Shown here piece after piece: positions 1 to 13,210 of a DNA stretch of 64,000 nt. The position numbers and the translations under genes are program-made. Source of the stretch: Felis catus. Lineage: Eukaryota. Numbering within the stretch: position 1 is the stretch's first letter; the number at the start of each line of letters is the position of its first letter. The notes below the pieces were generated by a model. The model made no database searches. It saw only the letters and a program-made list of their open reading frames with translations, and was not told where the DNA came from. The stretch is from assembly GCF_018350175.1 (NCBI RefSeq), contig NC_058368.1, positions 16,246,001 to 16,310,000 of the forward strand. The letters run 5' to 3'.

Positions 1-216
1 AGTGGCTTAAATAGGAATGAATGATGCACCCAGCACTCTACTTTTGTGGAAAATCCACTGACTTGATCTGGAGGTATGTGTATATTTAAAAATATATGTT
101 TCTTTCCCCAATCCCTGTTTTTCTTCTTTAAAATTTCTAATTTGCCATTCTTGTTTCAAATCAAATAGGTATGCTTCTGTTTCATCCTTTGTTCCCTTTC
201 TTCTCATTGTTCTTAG

Positions 217-430
217 GTTTGTTTTATTTTTTAATTTTTTAATGTTTATTTTATTTTTTGAGAGATACAGAGACAGAGCACAAGCGGGGGATGGGCAGAG
301 AGAGAGGGAGGCTGAAGCAGGTTCGAAGCTCCGAGCTGTCAGCACAGAGCCCGACGCAGGGCTTGAACTCACAAACTGTGAGATCATGACCTCAACCAGA
401 ATCCCACGCTTAACTGACTGAGGCGCCCCC
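217..430 (-). mobile_element. Can-SINE
   Basis: tRNA-derived head, (CT)n and A-tail in reverse; TSD cattgttct(t/c)ag. Confidence 0.93.
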
Positions 431-537
431 CATTGTTCTCAGTTTTTTATTGTGTTTCTTCCTCTTGTAATTCTCAAACTAACCAGGAAATCTCAGATCA
501 TGGCAGAATGAGACATCTAGAAAATGGTGGTGGTTTG

Positions 538-929
538 TGATGAGGGATAGAAGCAGAAAAATGTTCACCTTTAGCCCGGAAGGCTGACATCTAGTCTGCA
601 TAGATCAAATACGTACTGGTTCCTACATACTTAAAAGGTCTCATGACTGCCTTTACATCTCAGCGATAGTTAATATCGAGCTGGATAAAGAGCTCCAGAG
701 AAATCCTGTGAAAGTAATTTTATGAGTAGAAATGTGAAGAAAACATTGATGATGTAATACTCCCTGCAGGTCCCCTCCTTGAACACAGCATAGAACTGCT
801 AGGTTCATACAATAGAAGTGCGGCTCTTCCTGACCCGGGTCCTGTCCCTGTGCTATAATAAAAGCCCCTTTTTGCACCAAAAACGTCTCAAGAATTCTTT
901 CTTGACCATTCGCTTGCAACCCCACATCA
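538..929 (+). mobile_element. Carnivore ERV solo LTR (family A)
   Basis: TGATGAGGG...CCCCACATCA termini, perfect 5-bp TSD gtttg (533-537 and 930-934), AATAAA, and a block gtcctgtccctgtgct...tttttgcaccaaa...aagaattctttcttg shared with three other copies. Confidence 0.88.
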
Positions 930-1269
930 GTTTGAACAGTGCCCAAGATAAAGAATCAGAAGCTTAACTTATCAGGATCTTTATGCTCAGTAAGATAATT
1001 TGGTTCTTATTGCTGGAAAGGAACTACAAACTTTGGAGTCCTCAACCATATCTGTGTTGCAGAAGGCCTAACAGTATTTGTTGTTTGTTCTGTTCAATGG
1101 AAGCAATCCAAGTAAAGACACGATTTGGTCTTGCTCTCTGGGAAACTTGTGAATCACCACATTTACGGAAAATGTGGAAAACTTCAGATTAACATGAAAT
1201 CCAACATATGAGTGCTGGATATATGAACCAAGATGAGGGTGGGCAGCTAGGAAGAGCTAGAAGATATGT

Positions 1270-1530
1270 TTAGCAGCACATGATTATATAGTATGTCAAC
1301 CACACAATTCCAGTGACTGTAGGTAAACTCAAGAGCATAGATAATAGTGAAATATAGTTAAAAAAAATTAGAAAATGGTGGCTTTGAGTATTTATCTTTG
1401 TTTTCAATGTAATTGATTTCATTTTAAGTTTATATAATTTATTTTTACTAATTCTAGGATTAGCAGCTAGCTTTTTAAATTCCTGTTGGCTCTCACGAGC
1501 TGTCATGAGCCAATTCCAGCATGCTCTTAT
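1270..1530 (+). mobile_element. Old hAT DNA-transposon remnant (MER63-like)
   Basis: 3' end ctctcacgagctgtcatgagccaattccagca resembles the recalled MER63 terminus. Confidence 0.4.
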
Positions 1531-2399
1531 TCCTGTCTACTTTCTTGCTTTCCCTGGTTATGGTAGATTAATGGTGTACCTACATTTAACATGGTCAAAA
1601 CTTTTAAACTACTTAACTTAAGTGCTACATGGAAGAGGCATACTGGGGCCTAATTATATTAGGAATATAATATTTTTCAATAAAAGGAAAAAGATCTCTG
1701 TGTAAAGAAATTTAGAGTAACACATTAGCTACAGTTGGACCCACAAATCAGGACATTGTTTAGTATATAATATATTAGGAGCAGTAGAAGCACAAATTCG
1801 GTAATATCGCACATGAGCTATTGAAGTCTCTGTCAACTAAAAATAAAAATGAAATAACATCTGACTAACAGCTACTTTTCATACAGTTATTAAACTTTTA
1901 AGAATACGTTCTGTATTTCAAGGACTCTTCTGGGTGGTGGTTTATAAAGATTGGGTGAGTGTAGCAGGAGCAGTAGGAAAGATTCAACAAGCAGTTGTTG
2001 TACTATTATAAGTCCTTTGATGGAGGGATATAGGTGCTGTAGGAGCACAGAGGTCTTGATGGAGAAGAGTCCTGACCCCTATCATCACCACCACCACAGA
2101 CTCAGCCTCCTGCTAATTCCGGCAGAAAGCCTAGAGTAAGACAAGGAAAGGCTAGAGTAAGACAAGAAGAGTGTCAGATTATAAGCAAGGGAAATGAGAG
2201 CACTTCACACACACAGAGCTCTAGTTGAGACTGGTTATTAAATGCTTTCCGATAATAGATCTGAGCAGGCATCCTACGACATGTCTGTGGATAGTCATCT
2301 AGAGTCAGTTGTGGTCATATAATCTGTGAGCAAAGTTGTGGTATGAATATAGCACTCCTTGCTTTCAAATGGATAATGAGTGAGAAAACATATCCACAA

Positions 2400-3440
2400 G
2401 CACAGTTATTTCAGGAGAGTCTGGATAAGGATGTACTAGACAGTAATGCAGTTCTTGTGTGGTTGGGGGTATACCTTTTGTTTATTTTATTCAAGAAGGT
2501 TACAGAGGAAATATATTTTCTGAGTCCTTAAGTATCTGAAATTTTGTTGCTATCTTAGGTAAACTCCAATCTGTCTGGGTCATCCATATCACATGCATTC
2601 AAAACCTTATGTTTGTGCTAAAGCTTTTTCTGTTGTTACCTGAATTTTGAAAAGCTGCTTGTGGAGATCTTGAGTTTTGTTATTTAAATTTTTTTAATGT
2701 TGATTTATTTTTGAGAGAGACAGAGACAGAGCGTGAACAGGGGAGGGGCAGAGAGGAGACACAGAATTTGAAACAGGCTCCAGGCTCTGAGCTGTCAGCC
2801 CAGAGCCCGACGTGGGGCTCAAACCCACAAACTGTGAGATCATGACCTGAGCCAAAGTCAGGCACTTAACTGACTGAGCCACCCAGGTGCCCCTTGAGTT
2901 TTATTCTTTAAGAGATCTTCACATTTTTTTCACATTCAGTTTCTGCATAGATGCATGAAGGTATATGTTTAATCTTATTAGATAGGGTATTTTTCCAGGA
3001 TGTATCTAGAGGTTCTTTTTCATTGTCCTTCCCCCTCAGAATATATAAAACATCTATATCTACATGCTCAGATAATTTTTTTAAAAATTCAACAATGTTT
3101 TCTTCATTATATCTTTGGTTATTAATTTTGGTTCGCTTACTCTCAGGAGCACCTGCCATTCTCAATTTGCTCTTCTGTTCTCCATCCTCCATTTATGTTA
3201 TAGTGTTAAGCTTTTTCTTTTTCCTATAAACTCTGGTTCATCTTTTTATATTTGTTGTCTGTATCATAATTTCATTTCTTCAAAAAGACAATTCTGTTCT
3301 AATTCAGTATAAATTTTGATTCTGTTATACAACAGTTTCCTTGAAATCCTTAATCTGTTTTATTATTATTTCTATTCAACTGCCCAAAGTGGCCGTTCAT
3401 TTAAAAAGTTTTTCCAACTTACATTGTCTTTGTCATTGAT
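2400..3440 (-). mobile_element. Ancient L1/HAL1 ORF1 remnant, interrupted by a SINE
   Basis: ORF 2908-3192 (KSKLRMAGAPE...NEENIVEFLKK) resembles decayed L1 ORF1 (RSNIRIIGVPE...EENFPELKK). Confidence 0.5.
2679..2893 (-). mobile_element. Can-SINE
   Basis: Full-length; TSD ttgagtttt. Confidence 0.95.
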
Positions 3441-3449
3441 CTGCATTTT

Positions 3450-3675
3450 ACTTTTTTTTTTTTGTAAAGTTTATTTATTTATTTTAAGAGAGAGACTGAG
3501 TGAGGAGCGGGGGGGGGGGGGGGGGCAGAGAAAGAGGGAGAGAGCATCCCAAGCAGGCCCCGTGCTGTCAGCACAGAGCCAGACCCTGGGCTAGATCTCA
3601 TGAACAATGAGATCATGACCTGACCCTTGAAACCAAGAGTCAGACGCTTAACCAACTGAGCCACCCAGGCATCCC
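3450..3675 (-). mobile_element. Can-SINE
   Basis: Full-length; TSD tgatctgcatttt. Confidence 0.95.
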
Positions 3676-4444
3676 TGATCTGCATTTTGAATTGTCTTCA
3701 AATTTTAGTCCAACTCCAACCATCTCATGTTTGTTAAATTAATCTAATTTAATTGTTTGAAAGTTGGAACTATATTGGATGTTTAAGAAAGTATAGATTT
3801 TAAACATTTAAAAAGAAATTCTTAGTGAAAATATCTGTACACTAATTCTGTACTTACCCGATTCTTATTGTAGTCTTTTCCTTTTTTGGATGCAGACAAA
3901 TTGTTAAACCAAGCACCTTCCCAAATTAGAAGCACAAAATACCATTCAGATAAGTCAATTTACACTGTGTTCTGCTAAGTTGGTTGGATTTTCTCACACT
4001 AAGTAAAATCTATTGCTTACAGATGTGGGGAAATAGCTTGTACTTTTGAAAGTCACTAGACATGCAATTTATTTTGATTTAGACTCAACCTGAACACTCT
4101 GGTATGTTAACTTTGTTTCTTACTATTTTTTTTCTCTTTTAAGGGAAAAACTTGAAAATTTGGTTGAACTGAAACTCTTGACCATTTAGAAGTTGTTAGA
4201 ACTGTACAAAAATAACCAGAGTTGAATACTGTGATTCAATGTGAAAATATTTTTATCTAGATCTCATCCTTTAAAAGTTGGCTCATATACTTTTTTTCCC
4301 TTAATATTAAGTACACTTCCATCTCCCTTCTTTTGTATCCAGAGCACATCTAATTGCTCCTCCATTTTTGTTTCCTCCCCTCCTGACTCAAAGGACAAGG
4401 AATCGGAGCTTGAGAGGCATGCTAACCTTTCCTGTCTTTCCAGG

Positions 4445-4625
4445 GGCATAAAGAGCCTGGACTTTATCAGACAGACTTGGATTCAGGTCCTGCTCCACAA
4501 TTTATAATGTGTACAGCCTGGGCAAATTAGTTAACCTTCCTCAGCCACAATTCTCTCATAATGAGAGTTAATGGTTTACCTTAAGGATTTATTGCGATGC
4601 TTCTGTAAAGTGGGAAGGTCCATGA
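4445..4625 (+). mobile_element. MIR SINE
   Basis: aagagcctggacttt...cagacttggattcaggtcctgctcc...cctgggcaaattagttaaccttcctcagcc matches the MIR core. Confidence 0.75.
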
Positions 4626-4825
4626 CTGACAATGATGGCCACAAAGCAAACATGTGGTAGTTGTGCCCTTTTCTGTTGCCATTAGGAATTCATCCCTTCA
4701 CACAGTTTCTCTTCAAAATCTTTGATAATTCCGTCTCCACTTTTCTTTTCTTCCTTTGAACAGATCTAAATCTCTCCTGTGGAAAAAAAGGCTCTATGAT
4801 TTGTTTTCCCAAATGTTTATCCTAT

Positions 4826-4833
4826 TTTTTAAG

Positions 4834-4864
<31 letters not shown>

Positions 4865-5026
4865 AGAGAGCGAGGGACAGACAGAGAGAGAGTGAGAGAA
4901 TCCCAAGCAGGCTCCATGCTGTCAACACAGAGCCCAACGCAGGGCTGAATCCTACAAACTGTGAAATCATGACCTGAGCTGAAATCAAGGGTCAGATACT
5001 TAACTGACTGAGCCACCAGGGTGCCC
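4826..5026 (-). mobile_element. Can-SINE
   Basis: Full-length; degenerate TSD ttatc(c/t)t. Confidence 0.93.
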
Positions 5027-5130
5027 TTATCTTGTTTTTTATTTCATTCTAAGAGGCTTTTTTTTCCCCCATGAAGTTTATACCTGCTCTCTTCCCTTAG
5101 AATTTAACCTTTTTACTGACTCAGTGACTG

Positions 5131-5570
5131 TGTATTGTATCTTATTGCTGTTATAACAAAATGTCACAAACAGTGGCTTACAGCAACATAAATGTATCCT
5201 CTTACAGTTCTGGAATTCAGAAGTCTAAAACTCAGTTGCCAGGCCTGTGTCCTTCTGGAGACTCTAGGGATGAATCCTTTCCTTGCCTTTTCATCTTCTA
5301 GAGACTGCCTGCATTCTTAGGCCTGTGACCTTGAATCCTGTGACCTCTGCTTCTAACATCACATATTGTCTCTCACTCTGATCCTCTTGGCTTCCTCTTA
5401 CAAGGATCTGTATGATGTCATTGACACCGGGGTAATCTAGGAAAGTCTCCCCATCTCAGAACCCTTAATTTATACTTGCAGAGTCCCTTTGGCTGTGTAT
5501 GATAACACAGTCACAGAGTGTGGGGATTAGTGTGTGGACCTCTTTGGGGACTATTATTTAGTCTTTCACA
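5131..5570 (-). mobile_element. MaLR LTR (MLT1-type)
   Basis: attgctgttataacaaaa...gtggcttacagcaaca...cttacagttctgga...ttctggagactctaggg...ttgccttttcatcttctagagactgcc are MLT1 hallmarks. Confidence 0.8.
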
Positions 5571-5963
5571 GTCTGTTTTCCGCATGTCTTTTCTGGCCTT
5601 CTTATAGGAATGTTGCTAACTATTACTTAATTCTTGGAAATCTCATGTCTCTTGCCCTGTGTGTGATAGCAGCACCTCTCCTCCCAGGTTCTCCTGTCTC
5701 TGATGCTGCTTTTCTGACTCTTTTTCACTCAAATCTTTGTTTCATGCATTTCCAGATTTAATGTCACATAATATTTGTTAAATCAAATAGCTCCTCCATG
5801 CACAAACTTCCAGTAGCCTTCCATAATTACGAAACTTTGCAAAATTAATTTTTCACATTCCACAAGATTTTAGTGAGCACTTGCTATGTCCCAGGTTCTC
5901 TGTTTTCTGTGATAAGGATGCAGAGATTCATAGAATACAGACAGTCTTTAAGAAGCTAATGTT

Positions 5964-6146
5964 CAGGTGCCTGCATGGCTCAGTCAGTTAAGTATCCGAC
6001 TCTGGATTTTAGCTCAGGTCATAATTTCATGGTTAGGGAGTTTGAGCCCCACATCTGAGGATTCTCTCTCTCCTTTTTTCTCTGTCTCTCCTTGACTTGT
6101 GCTTTCTCTCACTCTCAAAATAAACAAACTTAAAAAAACAAAAAGA
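5964..6146 (+). mobile_element. Can-SINE with internal deletion
   Basis: Head ggtgcctgcatggctcagtcagttaag, shortened body, A-tail; TSD aag(a/c)agctaatg. Confidence 0.88.
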
Positions 6147-6915
6147 AGCAGCTAATGACCTGATCAAAATAACAAATAATTGCAAAGCTACTAAAAATTT
6201 GAAAATTGAATATGGAAATGAAAATATACACACAGTTTTATGGACACCCTTGAGATCAATCATCCAACTTAGCCTGAGGGTGTTAAGGCTGACTTCTTGG
6301 AGAAGCTAATACTTAAACTGGTCTTTAACAGAAAAATACAAATTAAGCATTGGGAAGAAAATAACAAGAACAAAGGTCTAAAGCCTACATTGGTATTAAT
6401 TGTTCAAGGGATGGCAGGTTGATTAATATTAAAATGAAAAGTCATAGGAAAGAGCAATTCAAAATAAAACTGGAACTTGAAGGTAAGCAAGAAGGAATGA
6501 TTGGAGGGGTAAGAGGAGAGAGTAAACTTGATGAAAAACTGCCTTATACTGGGTGACAATGTGAAAGCAAAGTGATTAGAGCACCTCATTAAGAAGGTCA
6601 GATAGTATAAACAAATCAAGTGTATAATGCCACCTTCAATGTAGGTGAAATTTCATCTCCTTTTTTCTTTACTGGGGGGCCAAGAGTTAAGAAGAGTCCA
6701 TATTACCAATGTGTCTCACTGGACAAGTGGAGCAGAAGTTAAGAATGAGAGTAAAGGAATAGAGTTAAGGATGGATTATTATATAAGAATCTTGCATTTG
6801 AAAGAAAAGTATGAGAAAGAACTTACATCATGGAGAAATACAAGGGCCAGGAGGATATTTATTAATATGACATAGAAATGAGAATATTTAGAGGCTTTGG
6901 AAAAGATGCTAATAG

Positions 6916-7036
6916 AGGGATGCCTGGGTGGCTCAGTTGGTTCAGTGTCTGACTTGTGATTTTTGGCTCAGGTCATGATCTCACTGTGAGTTTGAGCCCC
7001 ACATCGGGCTCTGGGCTGACAGAGCACAGCGTGCTT

Positions 7037-7086
<50 letters not shown>

Positions 7087-7150
7087 CTCCCCAACTCAAG
7101 CTCTCTCTCTCTCTCTCAAAATAAATAAACTTTATAAATATATAAATAAA
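6916..7150 (+). mobile_element. Can-SINE with expanded (CT)n
   Basis: Head gggatgcctgggtggctcag; about 20 CT units at 7040-7082; AT-rich tail. Confidence 0.93.
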
Positions 7151-8955
7151 TATTTCTTGAGTGTATCCCTCCTCTTTACTCCCACTGTCACTTAGTTGAG
7201 AACCTCATCTCCCTTTCTAGAACATAACTCAAAAAAAAAAAAAAAAACATAACTCAAGAGGCAAAGCTTGAATTATCTTTTTCTAGTCCATTCTCCATAT
7301 TGCTTCCAGAATTATTTCTGAAAGGAAGCATATATTCTTATATTTATTCACTAAAATAGCTTTTCTGGGGGGAAATCCATTATGTGCTAAAATCAATCTT
7401 AGTAATACAGTGCTGATCAATATAGACACAACCTTTACTTTCACTGGAATTTACAACCTAGAGGAAGCAAGAAGTGTGCATTAAAAAGATATGATTTATA
7501 ATTCTTTATAATTAATACAAAACTAATTAATGTTTTTGAGCCTTCATTCTGCTGGTTCTGTGTCTAACTTACTCTTCTTCGTCACTAGGGTTAAGAACTC
7601 TGCATCAGTCTATACAGGCTGCAGGGCGGGTTATTGCCCCTCTGATGCTTCCATGCAATTCTGACCCATACTCAACCCCTTCTCCTTCTCTTTTGTTGTT
7701 TGTTCTGTGTGCAGTATATATATATAATACAAATTAACAAAGATGAATGTCTCAAAGTATGCTCAAATTCATCTGTAATTATAGTAAATCATTTACTGTG
7801 GGAGTACTACCAGGGGAACCAACAATAATTTAGGAGCCAGACTTCTAAGCCAGCTTCCAAGAGAATGTAATATTTAAGTAGATCCCATCCATCTTCTTTG
7901 CTTAACATCTTTCAATGTCCAGTCATCATGTAGGCTAAAGGATGAATTCTACAGCTTTGGAGTTTATAGCTCACAGGAGGCTTTAAAGTCTGTCCCCTTC
8001 TTCTCCTTTCTGCATAAACACTGTGTGTCTTCTATGCTGAAATGTTGTGGTTTTATCAAGGTTACAGCATTTTCTGTCTCTTCTTCTTGTTCCCTTCTTT
8101 CATCACATCTTCCCGTATACATCTTTGTCAAACTGGATTATTGCCACTCTTCTTTCAAACTACTCAATGACAAAAATTTTGTGTATGAAAAAGTCTTTTT
8201 ATCATCCGGCTCATTGCAAAATTGTCCATTCCTGTGTCAGTTCAGTGATACTGTATACACAGCTCTATTTTAGGCTACAGATTGTGTTTTTGTATATTCT
8301 GCTTAGCTGTGTATTTGGTTTGTCGTAGGCATCTGAAAAGGTGTGAACATTTAGTGTTAACTTCAAGAATACTTATATTTATGAATAAGTAAAAAAAGGT
8401 TTCCTTCTCTCTCTCTCTAATGATTTGATTGATTTACTTTATTTGGTTTCATGGGCCTTCCCAATTAGAGACATGCTTGTTTTTTGTTTGTTAAGGCAGT
8501 ATTATAACAAGTGGACATGTTCTACAGATGAATACAGAAGAAACAGCTCCTGTGAATAAAATGTTTTTCTGTCTAACATTTAGGATTTGGGGTTTGGGAT
8601 TAGAAATTGCCAGATTTTCAAAGTAGAGCAGTATTTATTTTAGCCTAAACATCTTTAGGACTACAAAAATGGAGTTAGTTGGATATTGATATGGACTCTA
8701 ACTCTGACTGAAATCATACAGTTGTCTGGCTTGTATGATAAGCCATATCTAGAGGGGAGTCAGGATAACAAGCCATCCATCTGCTTTGACAAGACTAAGT
8801 CTCTCCTAACACTTTCTGTGCAGCAGGCTCTAGACTTTCTGGATCTGGTAACGCTGAAGTTCAGTTTGTTCAAACCACTTCCCTCTGAAAAGCAGGATGA
8901 GTAAACTAAATTGCTTTTCAGATCATCCATGGTGATTTTATTTGGAGAAATTTTA

Positions 8956-9165
8956 GGGGTGTCTGGGTGGCTCAATCGGTTAAGCATCCAGCTCTTGATG
9001 TCGGCTCAAGTCATGATCTCCTGGTTTGTGAACTCGAGCCCCATGTCGGGCTCTGCATTGACAGCATAGAGCCTGCTTGGGATTCTCTTTCTCCCTCTCT
9101 GCCCCTCCCATCTCTCTCTCTCTCTCTCTGTCTCTCTCAAAATAAATAAATAAACTTTAAAAAGA
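8956..9165 (+). mobile_element. Can-SINE (left arm of inverted duplication)
   Basis: Full-length; shares private variants with the copy at 9960-10160. Confidence 0.95.
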
Positions 9166-9452
9166 GTAAAAAGAAATTCAGATTTATATATGGTTATAAC
9201 ATTGTTCAACACCTGCACCTTCACTCATTTCATAAGTGGCATCCCAAAGGAAGAGTGACAGTAGGACCATCATTTATGAAACTAGACTATTTCAGTGTTG
9301 CTTTGAAGAATTCCCTGTACTAACCTTTCATTCCATAAGCATATATCAAGCAAATTTATGTGCTACTCTTTACGATTTTTCAAAATGTGCACACATGCAC
9401 ACACACGTGTGTTAATTCTACTATATATAAATATGGCTAAGTATATCTTAAT

Positions 9453-9484
<32 letters not shown>

Positions 9485-9959
9485 TACATGCATATAATTA
9501 ACTCTTCTTCAGGATGATATACACTTGAAAGGTTTGTCATTAATACAAGTTTATATGAATTTATATTTTAAACAGTTCTTAATGGCCATTTTCCTTCAAA
9601 TTTTGGTCCATATTTTTCTTTTTTTTTTCTTAACTCTGCCACATGGCTGATTAAGAAATGGTACTAGGAGTAGGAGAAATGTCAAGTCTAGCATTTTATT
9701 GTTGTTCCCTTGTGCCTGCCACACTAGGAGTATCTGTTAAAGTCTCTTTCCATTTAGAGGCCTTGTTTGGTTAAGAAAAAGTAATGACACCCATAAGCCA
9801 TCTACATGCAGCCCAGCTAAACAGTAATACATTTCAACACAAGTGAATGATGGTCCTACTGTCACCCTTCCCATGGGATGCCTCTTCACATATGAACTGA
9901 GTGAAGGTGCAGGTGTTGAACAATGTTAAAACCATATATAAATCTGGATTTTTATTACC

Positions 9960-10160
9960 TTTTTTTTTAGTTCATTTATTTATTTTGAGAGAGAGAGGAG
10001 AGCAGAGGAAGGGGGAGAGAGAGAGAAAGAGAATCCCAAGCAGGCTCTATGCTGTCAATGCAGAGCCCGACATGGGGCTCGAGTTCACAAACCATGAGAT
10101 CATGACTTGAGCTGAGATCAAGAGCTGGACACTTAACCGACTGAGCCACCCAGACACCCC
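9960..10160 (-). mobile_element. Can-SINE (right arm of inverted duplication)
   Basis: Full-length reverse copy. Confidence 0.95.
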
Positions 10161-10637
10161 TAAAACTTCTTTTAAATCAAAAATTCCCACAAGTTTTCAG
10201 AAATCTTTTCTGTATTCCTAATAGATGTCACACATTTCAGGGTATATTCTTTGCAATTTTGAGACCATTTCTTTGCAAAATAATTTTGAAATTTGAAACA
10301 TATTATCCAAATATTGATAAGTCAATAGAAATTTCAAAAATGCAAGCATGCCTATAAGAGCCACAGGACCCAGAGGAGATGGATTTAACTTAGGAGTTTT
10401 GAATCTTTTGCATATCCCCAAGGAAGTCCTGCAAATCCCCAGGTGCTTTACTGTTAATACTGTATATTGTAAACCACAAGTATTTCATTTCAAATATGAA
10501 ATTACATTGTAGTGTTTAATATTCTTTTTCAAACTATGTTTCTCTCTGCCTCTCAACTCACTTCCCCCAATTCTGATTGCACTTCATTCTGAGGATTGTG
10601 CTGCCTTAAACCCTCCCTCAAGATTCATTCTCTAATG

Positions 10638-10847
10638 TAGTAGTTCTCAACTGGGGCCGATTTTTACCCTTCTGGGGTCATCTGGCAATGTCTGGAGATA
10701 TTTTTGGTTGCCACTATGGAGAGGAAGTTGGCATCTGGTTGGTAGAGGCCCAGAATGCTGCTAAGCATCCTACTATGCACAGGATAGTTTTCACAACAAA
10801 GAATTTTCTGGTCCAAATGTCAAAAGTACCAAAGTTGAAAAACTCTA
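10638..10847 (+). mobile_element. MER20 (hAT-Charlie MITE)
   Basis: agttctcaactgggg...ggcaatgtctggagatatttttggttg...ggcatctggttggtagaggcc...gctgctaagcatcctac...tgcacaggat matches recalled MER20. Confidence 0.85.
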
Positions 10848-10959
10848 ATGGGATATTTGCTGGTTTTGAGATTTACAAAAGGGTGGAAACCGAGCAGGGT
10901 ATCTATGAGAGAGGGCTAAACATTTCACTTAGAGATGAGGGTACTAACGCAGTGATCTC

Positions 10960-11116
10960 GACCAATGCTTCTGAAAGTTTAATGTGCACAGGGATTTTGT
11001 TAAGATGCAGATTTCAATTCACTATCCCTGAGATGAGTCCTGACCTTCTGCATTTCTAACAAGCTCCTAAGTGATGCTGATGTTTCTGGTTTGGGGCCTA
11101 TATTTTGAGTAGCAAG
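10960..11116 (+). mobile_element. MER5-type hAT MITE
   Basis: ttgttaagatgcagatt...ctgcatttctaacaagctcctaagtgatgctgatg...ttttgagtagcaag. Confidence 0.75.
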
Positions 11117-11225
11117 GAGCTAGATAATTCAGTGTGGGTCCTTAGGAAGATGCCTGCGAAAAATGACTACAAGAGAGGAATAATTCCATTATGTATCAAT
11201 TAGAGGTCTGGAATATCTGTAAGAA

Positions 11226-11236
11226 CTATCTATCTG

Positions 11237-11274
<38 letters not shown>

Positions 11275-11281
11275 ATCTATC
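11226..11281. repeat. (TATC)n tetranucleotide microsatellite
   Basis: About 13 imperfect TATC units. Confidence 0.9.
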
Positions 11282-11329
11282 GATCACAAGAATATCACAA
11301 TAAACTTAACATTATTTAACTTACTTAAA

Positions 11330-12350
11330 TAAAATTTTATTTATTTAAACATAACCTTTATTATCAAAGTTATGCACAAGATTTTACAAAGCCACTAGTT
11401 CTAGACAGGAATTTTGATGAAGAAGAATAATCGCTTGACTTCTTCCTGCTCCCGTTTCCTACTCTACAGATAACCAGTTTCTACTAGTCTAGTGTATTCT
11501 TTTGGCACTTGAATCCTATTACTAAGTAACTTTCTGATACTGTTACCTGCTGACTTTTTTGATTTGAGATACTTACTGATTCCATACAACAGAAAATAGG
11601 GTCCAACTCTTACGGCCCAGACTTTCTTCTCCTCACATGTGTATACTTTTTTTCAGCCCTGTTCTCTGAAGGAATCTTTTATTAGATTGGTATTTATAGT
11701 TTGTTATACTATGGGTTATAAATATATACTTATAATTCATAGTTAATCTACTGACCATGATTACTTTTCTTGAACAAAATTTATGTTTCATGGAGTTATT
11801 AATTGTCTCTTCTTAGTTTGGTATTACCCATAAACAATTAATCTGCAAATTCTCTGATGGAAGTGTGAGTCTCTTCTTATCTGTAGGCACATGAGGCCTT
11901 TGATCTATTTCATACTTTTCAAGAAGAGATTCCATCTGGAGCGCCTGTTTTTCTGCTTCAGTGTTCTCCAGATTCCCTGAAAGTCTATGATTCTAGATCT
12001 TCTTTCATCAACACCTGGGGCATCCCTGACCTCTCCGTACTTCTCCCCGTCTCCTAATTCCATGTCTTCCTTTTCCTTGATATAACATATTATCTAGAGA
12101 CTTCCTGACAAGGGGTACATGGAAGTAAAATATTTTGAGCATTAGCATGCTCCAAAATGTCATTATTTTTCTCTGGCAATTGTTGGATGATTTGACAGGG
12201 TATAGCTTTTTAGGGGTTGAAAGTGAACTGTAGTTAATGAAAGCACTGATCCGTTATCTTTCAGATCTTGATAATCTTATCAGGAGGCTCAAATCTGTGC
12301 TTTCATGTCCCAAGTCTTTCCGGGCTTTGGTGACACATTCAGTCTGTTCT
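11330..12350 (-). mobile_element. Ancient L1ME/HAL1-like remnant
   Basis: aaaatgtcattattttt...gatgatttgacagggtatag motif typical of antisense old L1/HAL1; boundaries approximate. Confidence 0.4.
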
Positions 12351-12963
12351 AGACTTTCCTGACTGATGGTGTTCAGCATATTCTCTGATAGGCTAAGCAG
12401 GTCACTACTATTCCAAGAGCTTTGCAACTTCCAACTGTTGCTGATAGCTCCTCTTCTCTACTCCTTTGTCCTCATGCCTCTTCCATAAAAGTATACATCT
12501 GCAAGGACAAGATGGATTCAAGAAACCATATAGAAACAATAAAGATAAAAGAAATTGAGATTTTCAGGAAGTAAAGGATCTGCCCTGAGCCTAGTCTGAG
12601 ACTTTGGTGCAGTAAGTCTGCCAAGTTCCCCAACAGGAGATAAACTAGCATTCTTTAAATACCTACACACCGCATTCTTCATGTATGTAATGTCATTTAA
12701 TCTCTTTAATAATTTCAAGGTAAGATATGGGTGCACAGAGAGATTCATCAAGTTACCTTAAGAAAGAAAGTGTCAGATTTTAGATGGAGATCTTTTTCCC
12801 TGAAGGACTAGAATAAAAGATCCTCAATATAAATAGAAATGCAGTGCTGGGAACACAAAGATGAAGTCCTAACTCTGCTGATCCATGACTCACCAATGTA
12901 TGTTCTGACCAATGCAGCAGGCATTATTGTGACCTTCATCCATTGTTCCAACTGATGGAGAGC

Positions 12964-13210
12964 TTTTTTTTTTATTATTTTATTTTTTATTTTTTTTTAA
13001 TTTTTTTTTTTTAGCGTTTACTTTTGAGACAGAGAGAGACAGAGCATGAATGGGGGAGGGGCAGAGAGAGAGGGAGACACAGAATCGGAAGCAGGCTCCA
13101 GGCTCTGAGCCATCAGCCCAGAGCCCGACGCGGGGCTCGAACTCACGGACCGCGAGATCGTGACCTGGCTGAAGTCGGAGGCTTAACCGACTGCGCCACC
13201 CAGGCGCCCC
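12964..13210 (-). mobile_element. Young felid Can-SINE (SINEC_Fc type)
   Basis: CpG-rich, near-consensus; perfect TSD gatggagagcttttt; long tail. Confidence 0.97.

Larger units (their letters stand above)
8946..10170. repeat. Inverted duplication: arms 8946-9274 and 9846-10170, 571-bp spacer
   Basis: The reverse complement of the right arm aligns to the left arm across the SINE and about 105 bp of non-SINE flank (cagatttatatatggt...aacattgttcaacacctgcaccttcactca...gtgacagtaggaccatcatt). Confidence 0.92.

Noticed and set aside
10688..11059. 123-aa plus-strand ORF
   Set aside because: Spans MER20 and MER5-type MITEs; a chance open frame.
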